Shown here piece after piece: positions 17,402 through 27,146 of a stretch of DNA of 32,000 nucleotides. The stretch comes from Thiohalomonadaceae bacterium (GTDB taxonomy: Bacteria; Pseudomonadota; Gammaproteobacteria; Thiohalomonadales; Thiohalomonadaceae). How positions within the stretch are numbered: position 1 is the first letter of the stretch; each line of letters starts with the position of its first letter. The stretch covers positions 19,363-51,362 of the forward strand of contig JBNKZU010000038.1 in NCBI GenBank assembly GCA_050301795.1, given 5' to 3'. Made by a program: the position numbers and the translations under genes. The notes beneath the pieces are model-generated. The model had not been told where the DNA came from and did no database searches. It saw nothing but the letters and a program-made list of their open reading frames with translations.

Positions 17402-20400
17402 TAGACTGCCGCCAACTCCACCGCGCCATCAACATCGACCTGTACCATTCGAGATACTCCCGGTTCATGCATCGTGACACCGCTAAGGGTTGATGAGAGT
17501 TCCATTGTCGTTTTGTTGTGGGTAATGAAGATAAACTGTACTCGCTCTGACATCTCCTCCACCAGTTTACAGAAGCGACCGACGTTGGCCTCATCCAGTG
17601 GCGCATCGACCTCATCAAGCATACAAAACGGTGACGGGTTTAACTCAAATATGGCAAATACCAGCGCTACAGCGGTTAGTGCCTTTTCACCACCAGAAAG
17701 AAGATGGATTGAACTATTACGTTTGCCTGGTGGGCGTGCCATAACCGAGACACCGGTATCCAACAGATCATCGCCGGTTAATTCAAGGTAGGCGTGTCCA
17801 CCACCAAACAGGCGTGGGAATTTCTCTTGTAACCCTTTATTAACATTTTCAAAGGTGTCTTTGAAACGAGTGCGCGTCTCCTTGTCTATCTTACGAATGG
17901 CATTCTCCAACACCTCAAGTGCTTGAGTTAGATCATCATTCTGTGAATCGAGATAGGTTTTGCGTTCAAGTTGGGTATCGTACTCACTGATGGCCGCAAG
18001 ATTGATAGGGCCAAGTCTTTGAATTTGGTTTGCGAGTTGTTCTACTCGTTGCTCCCATTCGCGTATTGATGCACCTTCTGGCAGCGAAGTCTTGAGTTCA
18101 TCAAGGCTTTGATGATGTTCAACAATCTGCTCTTCAATGGTTTGACGACGAACCTTGCGCTCCTGCCAGCGCATGCGTTTGCTCTCTAGTTCACTTCTGA
18201 TATCAGAGATCTTGCGTTCAGCTTGATTTCGACGGTTCTCATTTTCCCGAATAGCGTGGTCAATATCACCAAGAACCTTACGTGCGTTTTGCAGTCGTTC
18301 CTCAACAGCCATGCGTTTACTGAGCATCTCTTCGAGTTGTGCACGTTTCTCAAGAATTGGCTCATCTCCATTTGCAAGCAGTTCCTTGAGCATCTCGCGG
18401 CGCTCTGCAAGTTGCTGCATCTGCATTTCTGCACGCTCTTCTGATTGAGATAGTGATTCAAACTCGGTTTTTGATGTTTGGTATTGTAGTTGAATACGGT
18501 GTGACTCTTCCTGATGCTCTTGTGCCGCAATACGACTACTTTCAAGCTTCGCTGTAATCTCTTCGCGTAATGTTTGTAATACCTCTCGCTCATTAGCGAG
18601 GCGATCTACCTCTTCGATAGCCTGATGAAGACGACTACGCGAAACAGCCATCTCTTCGTTGTTGGCAGCGATATTCTGTTTTAACTCATTGGTATCGTGC
18701 TGTAAGCGCTCTCTTCGTGCGGTGATCTGTTCGAGGCGAGACTCTTTACTACCAATAGACGTTTTCAAATCGCTGAACGATTTAGTGTAGTCATTAAGCT
18801 GTAACTGTAGCTGCTCTCGTTGTTGCTCCAATTGCAGTTGTCGTTGTTGATCGTCGTTCACCTGCCTCGTTAGCTCTTCAACACCCTGCTCCAGTTCGGC
18901 AATACTCTGATTTAGCTCGGCCAACTCTTTTTCACGAGCAAGAACACCACTATGGTTATCACTATCACGGTGAACCTTTAGCCAATTACGACCGATCCAT
19001 AGCCCATCTCGTGTGATAACGGATTGTCCTGATTGCAGGGTACTTCGCATCTGAAGTGCTGTGTTGAGATCATCAGCAATAAGAACGTCACCAATGATCT
19101 CCTGGAGATCCCAATCACTTTTGATCTTCGAATAAATCGAACGACTATCATGATTAGTTGTGCTTGATGCATTAACCTCAAGTAGTGTTGCCGATCCATG
19201 TTTAAGATCACCGATAAGTGCCGCTACCGGGTCAAGTCCATCAACACAAATCGCTTCGACGCATTCACCAAGCACACTTTCAACAGCCTTTTCCCAGCCA
19301 CTTTCAACGCTTATCCCTTCGGCAAGACGTTTACTATTCTCAAGCTGATGAGATGATAGCCATTGAGCGACATCTCCTTCTCCCTTACCTAGCGCGGCTT
19401 GTTGAAGTGCTTCAAGCGAAGCGTGACGACCTCGAAGGCTTTGGAGATCGGTCTGTCGTTGATTGAGTAGCTGCGAGTTATCGCGCAAACGCTCACGCGC
19501 GGTATCAATCTCTATTCGGGTTGTGTCGAGTTGCTCCTGATGGGTCTGCTGTTGTAGCTCCATCTCTCCAACCTGTTCACGAAGCTGCATTAACTCCTGC
19601 TCAAGATTAGAGGTTGATAGATTGTTCATCTCATCGTTGATTCGAGCGACACGAACCTCTAATTGAGATGTGTTTTGTTCATGTTGTTGAATTCGTGCGC
19701 GTTCAACTTGTGCTATCTGCGCTGGTTCTGCCGCTCGTTGATTAAACGACTCCCAGTCGCTCTGCCATTGGCGCATCGCCGCTTCTGACTCTTCAAGTGC
19801 CGATCTGCTGCTTTGAACCTGTTCATTCAAAAGATTGTAGTGTGGCTCTATCTCATCCAGAACAGCCTTAAGTTCATCACGCTTCTTGCGGTCGTTATAG
19901 AGATGGCTTTGTGATTCATTCCAGTTTCGTTCAATCTGATCCAGATCGTTTCGCTGTTGCTGATAACGCTCGGTCTCATGTTGAATACTCTGTTCAAGGC
20001 GAGCGATATCTGCACCAATGCTATAGAACTCGGTTTGAACGCTATTGACGTTATCTGATGCCTCTAGATGAGCTTCACGCTTTGTTTCGATCTCTGCCTC
20101 GGCATGTCGCTGCTCGGCATAGAAGCTCTCCAGCTTGGTCTCCTGTTCTCGGATCACCTTCTCCTGCTGCTCGATATCGCCGCTGAGTTCATCCCAGTGG
20201 AGCGCATGAAGTTGTCCCTTAACCAGGCGTTCATCCTGTTTTAGCTCTTTATACCGCTCAGCAGTTCGCGCCTGTCGTTGGAGATGGTTGAGCTGCTTAT
20301 CCAGCTCTTCACGAATATCATTCAGACGTTCGAGATTCTCACGTGTATGGCGCATACGGGTTTCGGTCTCGCGACGACGCTCTTTATATTTTGAGATACC

Positions 20401-20904
20401 GGCCGCCTCTTCGAGGAAAACACGTAGTTCATCCGGTTTCGCCTCAATCAGGCGGGAGATGGTGCCCTGCTCAATAATCGCATAGCTCCGTGGCCCAAGC
20501 CCGGTTCCGAGGAAGATATCGGTAATGTCCCGACGACGACAGCGTGCGCCATTGAGGAAATAGAGCGATTGTCCGTCACGACTAACCTGACGCTTGATCG
20601 CGATCTCATTATAGTTAGCAAACTGGCCGCTAATCGTTGCGTCACTGTTATCGAAGATTAGCTCTATTGAGGCCTGACCGACTGGTTTACGGGATGAAGA
20701 GCCGTTGAATATGACATCGGTCATCGCATCACCGCGCAGATTTTTGGCTGAGCTTTCACCCATAACCCATCGCACGGCATCAATAATATTGGATTTACCA
20801 CAACCATTAGGACCGACAATACCCGTCAGATTCGATGGAAAAGGTACAGTTGTTGGATCGACGAAGGATTTGAAACCCGCCAGTTTTATCTTGCTTAAAC
20901 GCAT
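17401..20904 (-). CDS. smc: Chromosome segregation protein SMC
   Basis: 1167 aa. Walker A GPNGCGKSNI, long coiled coils, a hinge, the signature LSGGEKALTA and Walker B FCMLDEVDAPLD. Confidence 0.95.
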   Translation of the reverse strand: MRLSKIKLAGFKSFVDPTTVPFPSNLTGIVGPNGCGKSNIIDAVRWVMGESSAKNLRGDAMTDVIFNGSSSRKPVGQASIELIFDNSDATISGQFANYNEIAIKRQVSRDGQSLYFLNGARCRRRDITDIFLGTGLGPRSYAIIEQGTISRLIEAKPDELRVFLEEAAGISKYKERRRETETRMRHTRENLERLNDIREELDKQLNHLQRQARTAERYKELKQDERLVKGQLHALHWDELSGDIEQQEKVIREQETKLESFYAEQRHAEAEIETKREAHLEASDNVNSVQTEFYSIGADIARLEQSIQHETERYQQQRNDLDQIERNWNESQSHLYNDRKKRDELKAVLDEIEPHYNLLNEQVQSSRSALEESEAAMRQWQSDWESFNQRAAEPAQIAQVERARIQQHEQNTSQLEVRVARINDEMNNLSTSNLEQELMQLREQVGEMELQQQTHQEQLDTTRIEIDTARERLRDNSQLLNQRQTDLQSLRGRHASLEALQQAALGKGEGDVAQWLSSHQLENSKRLAEGISVESGWEKAVESVLGECVEAICVDGLDPVAALIGDLKHGSATLLEVNASSTTNHDSRSIYSKIKSDWDLQEIIGDVLIADDLNTALQMRSTLQSGQSVITRDGLWIGRNWLKVHRDSDNHSGVLAREKELAELNQSIAELEQGVEELTRQVNDDQQRQLQLEQQREQLQLQLNDYTKSFSDLKTSIGSKESRLEQITARRERLQHDTNELKQNIAANNEEMAVSRSRLHQAIEEVDRLANEREVLQTLREEITAKLESSRIAAQEHQEESHRIQLQYQTSKTEFESLSQSEERAEMQMQQLAERREMLKELLANGDEPILEKRAQLEEMLSKRMAVEERLQNARKVLGDIDHAIRENENRRNQAERKISDIRSELESKRMRWQERKVRRQTIEEQIVEHHQSLDELKTSLPEGASIREWEQRVEQLANQIQRLGPINLAAISEYDTQLERKTYLDSQNDDLTQALEVLENAIRKIDKETRTRFKDTFENVNKGLQEKFPRLFGGGHAYLELTGDDLLDTGVSVMARPPGKRNSSIHLLSGGEKALTAVALVFAIFELNPSPFCMLDEVDAPLDEANVGRFCKLVEEMSERVQFIFITHNKTTMELSSTLSGVTMHEPGVSRMVQVDVDGAVELAAV

Positions 20905-20974
20905 ATTTTTATTAGGTTTTCCTGGTGTTACTGGTTATTCCGTAACTAATTGCCTAAAAGAGGCATATCAGCTT

Positions 20975-21002
20975 TTGTATTTGCTCGTTTATTCGCTACA
21001 AT
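20975..21002 (+). promoter_or_regulatory. Putative sigma70 promoter for queF
   Basis: TTGTAT (20975-20980), 16-nt spacer, TACAAT (20997-21002), 34 nt upstream of the queF ATG. AAAGG Shine-Dalgarno at 21026-21030. Confidence 0.4.
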
Positions 21003-21036
21003 TCCGAGCCATCAAAATTAGCACGAAAGGTGACTC

Positions 21037-21426
21037 ATGCCTACCCAACCAAGCAAGGATTTAGAGACATTTGATAACCCGATGCCGGAGCGCGATTATA
21101 GCATCCATATCGACATTCCGGAGTTTACTTGTCTCTGTCCAAAAACCGGACAACCCGATTTTGCAACGATCGCGATTGATTATGTTGCGGATCGCAAGTG
21201 TATTGAGCTGAAATCACTCAAACTCTATATGTGGTCTTTCCGTGAGGAAGGCGCATTCCATGAAAAGGTGACCAATGACATGCTCAGTGACTTTGTTTCG
21301 GCATGTCAACCACGCTTTATGCGGGTGACGGGCAAATTCAATGTCCGTGGCGGTATCTACACTACGGTCGTCGCTGAATATCGTGATCCACAGTGGACAC
21401 CACCCACACCAGTGACACTACCCTAG
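21037..21426 (+). CDS. queF: NADPH-dependent 7-cyano-7-deazaguanine (preQ0) reductase QueF, short unimodular type
   Basis: Catalytic Cys context [16 protein letters not shown] and the QueF motif [12 protein letters not shown]. 129 aa. Confidence 0.9.
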   Translation: MPTQPSKDLETFDNPMPERDYSIHIDIPEFTCLCPKTGQPDFATIAIDYVADRKCIELKSLKLYMWSFREEGAFHEKVTNDMLSDFVSACQPRFMRVTGKFNVRGGIYTTVVAEYRDPQWTPPTPVTLP

Positions 21427-21429
21427 ACC

Positions 21430-22713
21430 TTGCCTTTGCGCGGAGATCAAAGCATTGCCATTGGTGTCGATATTGGCACAAGTGGCATACGCGCGATTGC
21501 AATTAATGCTGAGCGCAAACCCATATCAGAGTCGAGCCACCCGTTCACAAAGGGTGATTATCAACCGAAGAACTGGCAGGGTTTACTTGAACAGACGCTG
21601 GATCAACTGTTCAGTGATATTGAACGACAGAATGTCTGTGCGATTGCAATCGATGGGACTTCAGCGACGATAGTTGGAATCGATCATCATGGTGCGCCGA
21701 TATCTGAAGCGCTGCTATATAACGATGACCGCGCCACATCAGAGGCAGAGCTCATCGCACAATTTGCACCGGCGACAACCGCTGCCCAAGGTGCAAGTTC
21801 AGCGTTAGCAAAGGCGATGTGGTTACAGTCACGTTCGAATGAGAGGATCATTCGATTCCTGCCGCAGTCGAGTTGGTGCAGTGCAATTCTTTGTGGCAAC
21901 TACACCATTTGTGACCCTAACAATGCACTGAAACTAGGGTTTGATCCGGTATTGATGCAGTGGCCGGAATGGATCGAACAATCAGGGATTTCGCGTCAAC
22001 AATTACCCACAGTTCTCCCGACAGGAGAAGTAATCGCGCCCCTGCGACCGTACTATTGCGAGCGTTGGCAACTCTCAGCGAACACGCTGGTTATCAACGG
22101 AACCACAGATAGTACCGCAGCTTTGATTGCTACAGGAGCTACCGAGACAGGAGATGCGGTGACTGCATTAGGCTCAACGCTGGTGCTTAAGATTATTAGC
22201 GATCACCCTCTGTTTAATTCTGAATATGGTATCTACAGCCAACCTTTGGGCAAACATTGGCTTGTCGGCGGTGCATCCAACAGTGGTGGGAGTGTGTTAA
22301 AACGCTATTTTAGTGATGAGGAGATCACCCGACTTTCCATGCAGATCGACCCTTCGAGTAGCACCAATCTTCACTACTATCCATTACCCAAACGCGGAGA
22401 ACGATTTCCGATTGCCGATCCCCAACTGGAGCCGAAGCTTGAGCCACGCCCAGCTTCTGATACTCAATTCTTAAAGGCGATGTTTGAGGGGCTTGCCGAG
22501 ATTGAATACCAGGGCTACAAATTGCTGCAACAGCTTGGTGCGCCAAGGATAAAAACGGTTCGCAGCAATGGTGGTGGAGCAAAAAATAAGGTTTTTACCC
22601 AAATTAGACAAAACCGATTGGGTGTTACAATGTCCACATCAACACATCATCAGGCAGCCTTTGGTGCCGCCTTAATCGCACTAAATGGGTTTAAGGATAA
22701 TCAATGCGTTTAA
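21430..22713 (+). CDS. FGGY-family carbohydrate kinase (substrate unknown)
   Basis: N-terminal IGVDIGTSGIRA phosphate-1 motif, internal GTTDS, and C-terminal GGGAKN… typical of FGGY kinases. The start is uncertain (TTG at 21430, 3 nt after the queF stop). Confidence 0.7.
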   Translation: MPLRGDQSIAIGVDIGTSGIRAIAINAERKPISESSHPFTKGDYQPKNWQGLLEQTLDQLFSDIERQNVCAIAIDGTSATIVGIDHHGAPISEALLYNDDRATSEAELIAQFAPATTAAQGASSALAKAMWLQSRSNERIIRFLPQSSWCSAILCGNYTICDPNNALKLGFDPVLMQWPEWIEQSGISRQQLPTVLPTGEVIAPLRPYYCERWQLSANTLVINGTTDSTAALIATGATETGDAVTALGSTLVLKIISDHPLFNSEYGIYSQPLGKHWLVGGASNSGGSVLKRYFSDEEITRLSMQIDPSSSTNLHYYPLPKRGERFPIADPQLEPKLEPRPASDTQFLKAMFEGLAEIEYQGYKLLQQLGAPRIKTVRSNGGGAKNKVFTQIRQNRLGVTMSTSTHHQAAFGAALIALNGFKDNQCV

Positions 22714-23435
22714 ATATTTTCAGTGGTAGTGCCCATCTGTTTAAGGGGATTACACTTATTCAACAGCCACAGCTTCGCCGTTATGTCATTATTCCAGCGC
22801 TGATTAATGTCGTAATGTTTATTATAGGTATTACTCTGTTGGTCGGCTCACTCGATCCCTATGTTGAACAACTCCTCTCATACCTTCCTGCTTTTTTGCA
22901 ATGGTTAAGTGGGGTGTTATGGCTGGTATTAACCCTTCTTGTCGTGGTGGTGGTCTTTTTTGTGATCTCTATGATTAGCGGAATTGTCGCTGCCCCCTTT
23001 AATTCGCTACTTGCTGAAGCGGTTGAACAATCACTGACCGGACAACACCTTGAGACGACCTCAACAACCGAATTGATAAAACAGACGCCACACTTAATTA
23101 TGGAGGAGCTGCGAAAACTCCTCTATTTCATCATCAGGGCAATACCCCTTCTGATACTTTTTGTAATTCCAGGTATCAATATTGTTGCGCCGTTTATCTG
23201 GTTTGTTTTCGTTAGTTGGGTGCTGGCGCTGAACTATCTTTCATATCCACTGGAAAACCATCAGATGAGCTTTAAAACCCAAAGAGGTTTTGCTGCAAGA
23301 AATCGGTTAGGAACACTGGGGTTTGGTTTAACGGTTACACTCCTGACCATGGTTCCACTTCTTAACTTTTTGATTATTCCCGCAGCAGTTGCTGGCGCCA
23401 CATCGTTCTATATGGACGCTAAAAAGGGTGAATGA
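22704..23435 (+). CDS. cysZ: Sulfate transporter CysZ
   Basis: 243 aa membrane protein. N-terminus FSGSAHLFKGITLIQQPQLRRYVIIPALINV and the internal APFNSLLAE motif are as in CysZ. 10-nt overlap with the FGGY kinase gene. Confidence 0.8.
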   Translation: MRLNIFSGSAHLFKGITLIQQPQLRRYVIIPALINVVMFIIGITLLVGSLDPYVEQLLSYLPAFLQWLSGVLWLVLTLLVVVVVFFVISMISGIVAAPFNSLLAEAVEQSLTGQHLETTSTTELIKQTPHLIMEELRKLLYFIIRAIPLLILFVIPGINIVAPFIWFVFVSWVLALNYLSYPLENHQMSFKTQRGFAARNRLGTLGFGLTVTLLTMVPLLNFLIIPAAVAGATSFYMDAKKGE

Positions 23436-23583
23436 TAGTATCTGTAAGGTATTTATGAGCGTTTGCATCAATAGTTATTGCGTGTTGTGACTGATCCAGA
23501 CACTCCTGTATGAACGATCACCTCAAGCCATTGATCGTTATTTATGCAGTTTTTATTTAATCGAAGACCACTGAGAGTCGCTG

Positions 23584-24759
23584 TTGTCAGACATTGCCCC
23601 CACTAAGCATGAGATAAAGCAAAAACTGTTTAAGCATAATCTCGATCTGTTATATCAGGCATCGAAGCAGATGTTGATGGCAAATATTGGCATTTCTATT
23701 TTTGTTATCTGGCTCTATAACAGTACGGAAATTCATCGACAAACCTTCTATTGGTTTGGCACCCTTGTGGCAATCATACTTATCCGAGCTTATCTTGCTC
23801 ATCTCTATTTAGCCGATAAGGATAAAAACAAACGCTATGATTTGTGGTTTCGAATCTACCTTGCTGGAACCACATTAACGGCATTTACCTGGGGAATGAC
23901 AACTTATGCCCTTATGCCCTATGCCAGCGAAACAATCATCTATTCAACGATTGTGATTATCGTTGGTATTACCACAGCGGCGTTAACCTCACTTGGTTAT
24001 AACTTTTTAATCTATTTCTTTTATATATTACCGATATCGATGTTGATGTCTCACTATCTCATTTTCGTCAGAGGCACAACGTCCGATATCGCAATGGGAA
24101 TTGGTTTTATTCCGTTCTCACTCTTTTTGATGGCCACTGCCCGTAACTATTCACGTAACTATAATCAGGCAATTCGGCTACAGTTTGAACGCGAACATCT
24201 GGTCGAACAATTGGAAGAGAGAATAGAGCATCAAGTAAAGCTCTCGGAGGAACTACACCGATTAAGTATTACCGATTCACTTACCGGAGCACCAAATCGA
24301 CATCTGTTTGAGGAGGAGAGTGAAAAGGCCTTTAACCGTTTCCTGCGCTATAACCATGGACTATCAATACTGGTTATCGACCTTGATCATTTCAAGAATA
24401 TTAATGACCGTTATGGGCATAAGGCTGGTGATAAAGTGTTACAGGTCTTTAGTCAGTCTTGTAAAAGCATTGTAAGAAGTACAGATACCTTCGCTCGAGT
24501 CGGTGGTGAAGAGTTCTGCTTTTTATTGGAACAGACAAGCCGAGATCATACTTTAGAGGTTGCGAATCGACTTAAAGCAATGATCGCCAACCTTGAAATA
24601 TTATTGGATAACGGTGAATCAATCCAAATCACCATCAGTATCGGTTGCTCACTGGTTAAAGAGAGTGACTCAAATATTGATGATGCATATATCCGTGCTG
24701 ACAGAGCGCTATATCAGGCGAAAGAGAATGGTCGAAATCGAGTTGAGATCATTGATTAA
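23584..24759 (+). CDS. Membrane-anchored diguanylate cyclase (multi-TM N-terminal domain + GGDEF)
   Basis: About 6 TM helices, a coiled linker, then the GGDEF domain: DSLTGAPNR, DLDHFKNINDRYGH..GD, and an active site RVGGEEF. TTG start with GAGAG upstream, so the start is uncertain. Confidence 0.8.
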   Translation: MSDIAPTKHEIKQKLFKHNLDLLYQASKQMLMANIGISIFVIWLYNSTEIHRQTFYWFGTLVAIILIRAYLAHLYLADKDKNKRYDLWFRIYLAGTTLTAFTWGMTTYALMPYASETIIYSTIVIIVGITTAALTSLGYNFLIYFFYILPISMLMSHYLIFVRGTTSDIAMGIGFIPFSLFLMATARNYSRNYNQAIRLQFEREHLVEQLEERIEHQVKLSEELHRLSITDSLTGAPNRHLFEEESEKAFNRFLRYNHGLSILVIDLDHFKNINDRYGHKAGDKVLQVFSQSCKSIVRSTDTFARVGGEEFCFLLEQTSRDHTLEVANRLKAMIANLEILLDNGESIQITISIGCSLVKESDSNIDDAYIRADRALYQAKENGRNRVEIID

Positions 24760-25528
24760 ACCCTATCTTTATATCACCTCTACTCTCATGCTGCTGATTT
24801 CGGCTAACGCCTTGGCTGGTGATTACTCTCTACGAAAATACCCACATGTAACCGAGTTTTATAAAAGTCTGGCACAAAGTGCATTAGAGCTTGGATTACA
24901 GAATAATGTTCCACCAGCAGCAATACTGGCCATAGCCGGACTTGAGTCAGGATATGGCAGAGGTTATGTCTCCCGTATCACAGGTAATGTACTTAGTTTA
25001 GGTGCGCGAAAAGGCGAGCCTGAACTCCCTCCTCTCTATCTTCCGACCTATATCAAAACAAATCGCGTTCTTATCGATAAAAAGAAGATCGAATCAATAC
25101 CGGCTTCAGAATTGAAATGGAAAAAGCGTCCACCAAGCTTAAAGAAAGATTATCGTCCTCAAGCCTATGCAGGAACAACCAGACAGCTTGAGATTCTACA
25201 AAACGATGTGAAGTTGCGGGTCAAAGCCCGTAAACACAATATCGATGATTTTGTTTCGAGCTGGATTGATACAGAAAGTGCGGTGCCAGTGTTTGCGGAT
25301 GCCCGTAATTGGTTAGAGCAGACGGTAGAGAGCAAAGGGAAGGCGTGGTTGCTTAGCTGTAAATCTGCGAAGGCGTTTATCAATAAAATCGGTGGTAAAC
25401 CACGCTCGTTCAATCATCGAAAGAGCTGGGTTAACAAGGTTAGTTATATCCTTGATAACGGTGGGCTTTGTGAGTTGTCGCAATTAATGTTTAAAGGCAA
25501 ATCATTTGATGATGCATGGAATGGATAG
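24728..25528 (+). CDS. Secreted Bax/FlgJ-type glucosaminidase-domain (GH73-like) protein
   Basis: Signal-like N-terminus (…LYITSTLMLLISANALA). LRKYP motif and AILAIAGLESGYGRGYVSRITGNVLSLGA, resembling E. coli Bax (DLRKYP…, MAAAESGWGTSKLARNNNNLFG). I chose the start at ATG 24728; the ORF-track start at 24593 lies deep inside the GGDEF gene, and ATG 24788 is also possible. Confidence 0.5.
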   Translation: MVEIELRSLIKPYLYITSTLMLLISANALAGDYSLRKYPHVTEFYKSLAQSALELGLQNNVPPAAILAIAGLESGYGRGYVSRITGNVLSLGARKGEPELPPLYLPTYIKTNRVLIDKKKIESIPASELKWKKRPPSLKKDYRPQAYAGTTRQLEILQNDVKLRVKARKHNIDDFVSSWIDTESAVPVFADARNWLEQTVESKGKAWLLSCKSAKAFINKIGGKPRSFNHRKSWVNKVSYILDNGGLCELSQLMFKGKSFDDAWNG

Positions 25529-25566
25529 AGACTATAGATAAAAGCTAAGAAAACTCTGATCAAGTG

Positions 25567-25594
25567 GTCATTGCGTCACCTCGTTCGCAATGAC
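25567..25594. terminator. Strong hairpin at the convergent junction (possible bidirectional terminator or REP-like element)
   Basis: GTCATTGCG-(10 nt)-CGCAATGAC, a perfect 9-bp stem, followed by TATTTGTGT. Lies between the stops at 25528 (+) and 25611 (-). Confidence 0.5.
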
Positions 25595-25610
25595 TATTTG
25601 TGTAATCTCC

Positions 25611-26060
25611 CTAAATGATTCGATGTGTTGATTTTGCAGTGGCTAAGCGTTGTCCCTGCTCTGTTTTGACATCTGCCTCAAAGTAGAGAGAACGCCTCTC
25701 TTGTCCGGTAAAACGAGCTGTAACGTAGACATATTCCATATCTGGTGTGATCGGTTTTGAGTAGGTCATCTCCATGGTTCGCGTAAAGTTGGGTGTTGCG
25801 ACAATCAAGCTTAGCGGGCCGATGGTGTTGTCGACCAGAGCGGCGATAATTCCGCCTTGCATCGTTCCATAAGGGTTTAGATGTTCGTGTAACACCGGAA
25901 AACGGTTGGTGATCGTCTCTGATTCAATATCGATACTAATTACCTCGCCTTTTAAAGTGTCGAATACTGGCGGAGGAAAGAGAATTTTGTCCTCGTAACC
26001 TTTAAGCTTTTTTTCAATAATGGGCAGTAGTTCAGGGGGGATGCGGTCTCTATCAATCAA
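25611..26060 (-). CDS. PaaI/hotdog-fold thioesterase
   Basis: 149 aa. LNPYGTMQGGIIAALVDNTIG motif typical of PaaI-family thioesterases. Confidence 0.75.
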   Translation of the reverse strand: MIDRDRIPPELLPIIEKKLKGYEDKILFPPPVFDTLKGEVISIDIESETITNRFPVLHEHLNPYGTMQGGIIAALVDNTIGPLSLIVATPNFTRTMEMTYSKPITPDMEYVYVTARFTGQERRSLYFEADVKTEQGQRLATAKSTHRII

Positions 26061-26119
26061 TGCTCTATCCTTTAATCAATTTCAATGAACAACACAGTGG
26101 CATCTCTAACGTGTGTTTT

Positions 26120-27124
26120 TTATGGTTTAATCTTGACCACAGTTCTGCCACGAATCGCCCCGTTTAGAATGGCTTCTGCGGCTGCCGGGATCTCATCAAG
26201 TGTTATCTCATTGCTTAATAATGCCAGTTTTTCAAGATCGAGATCGGTGGTAATACGTTGCCACGCCTGTTCGCGTTTTGCGATGGGTGCCATCACAGAA
26301 TCGATACCATAGAGGGTAACGCCACGCAAAATAAAAGGTGCAACACTGGATGGAAGAGCCATCGATTCTGCAAGACCGCAGGCCGCAACAGCACCACCAT
26401 AGCTTATCTGACTCAATACATTTGCCAATGTATTGCCACCAGCTACATCTATAGCGCCGGCCCATAGCTCTTTACCCAATGGTCGTGCCTTATCAGAGAA
26501 GGGTTGGCGATCGATGATCTCAGAAGCACCCAAGCGCGTTAAATACTCATGTTCACTGCTTCGTCCGGTCACGGCAACCACGTAATACCCCAATTTACTG
26601 AGTATTGAGATTGCCACACTACCAACGCCCCCTGCTGCACCAGTGACAAGAATATTGCCACTTTGGGGTGTGATACCGTGTTGTTCTAGAGCAAGCACAC
26701 AGAGCATTGCAGTGTAGCCAGCCGTTCCAACTGCCATCGCTTGTTTTGGTGTCATGCCATCAGGAAGCGGAACCAGCCACTTTGCATCGACACGAGCAAG
26801 CTCGCTAAAGCCGCCATTGTGCACTTCACCGACACCAAAGCCATTTAAGATAACCTGATCACCGGCTTTAAACTTCGTGTTTTCTGAATGAGTAACTGTT
26901 CCGGCAAAGTCGATACCAGGGATTAACGGGAACCGTCTTACAACAGGCGCTTTAGCGGTCATCGCTAAGCCGTCCTTGTAGTTTAATGCGGAGTATTTCA
27001 CCGCTACAGTGACATCTCCTTCCATTAAATCCTGTGGTTGTAGATTGGTGAGCGTTGCGTGCTGACCGTTATCATCGCTGGTGATCTGCCATGCACGGAA
27101 TGTTTCTGACATTGTTTGTTCCAA
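26120..27124 (-). CDS. acuI: YhdH/AcuI-family NADPH-dependent quinone oxidoreductase / acryloyl-CoA reductase (MDR superfamily)
   Basis: GDVTVAVKYSALNYKDGLAMT…PLIPGIDFAGTV… and VLVTGAAGGVGS-type motif (ILVTGAAGGVGSVAI). 334 aa. Parallels E. coli YhdH throughout. Confidence 0.75.
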   Translation of the reverse strand: MEQTMSETFRAWQITSDDNGQHATLTNLQPQDLMEGDVTVAVKYSALNYKDGLAMTAKAPVVRRFPLIPGIDFAGTVTHSENTKFKAGDQVILNGFGVGEVHNGGFSELARVDAKWLVPLPDGMTPKQAMAVGTAGYTAMLCVLALEQHGITPQSGNILVTGAAGGVGSVAISILSKLGYYVVAVTGRSSEHEYLTRLGASEIIDRQPFSDKARPLGKELWAGAIDVAGGNTLANVLSQISYGGAVAACGLAESMALPSSVAPFILRGVTLYGIDSVMAPIAKREQAWQRITTDLDLEKLALLSNEITLDEIPAAAEAILNGAIRGRTVVKIKP

Positions 27125-27146
27125 TAGTAGTCTTGAGGTGTGATTT

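Noticed and set aside
17401-20904. Apparent internal repetitiveness (Q/E/L/R-rich runs) in smc as a DNA repeat
   Set aside because: It reflects coiled-coil heptad composition. No exact nucleotide repeats are evident.
20905-21036. preQ1 riboswitch in the queF leader
   Set aside because: I could not find the short P1 hairpin followed by the conserved A-rich/CUA tail. The leader downstream of the putative -10 is only about 30 nt.
23513-23556. AACGATCA-N11-TGATCGTT hairpin after cysZ as an intrinsic terminator
   Set aside because: The stem is AT-rich and the T5 run begins 10 nt after it, so it is not canonical. I left it unannotated, though it may still attenuate read-through into the GGDEF gene.
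24593-24727. ORF-track start that extends the Bax-like protein 45 codons into the GGDEF gene
   Set aside because: The extension has no signal-peptide character, whereas ATG 24728 yields a plausible signal sequence. The long overlap is unlikely.
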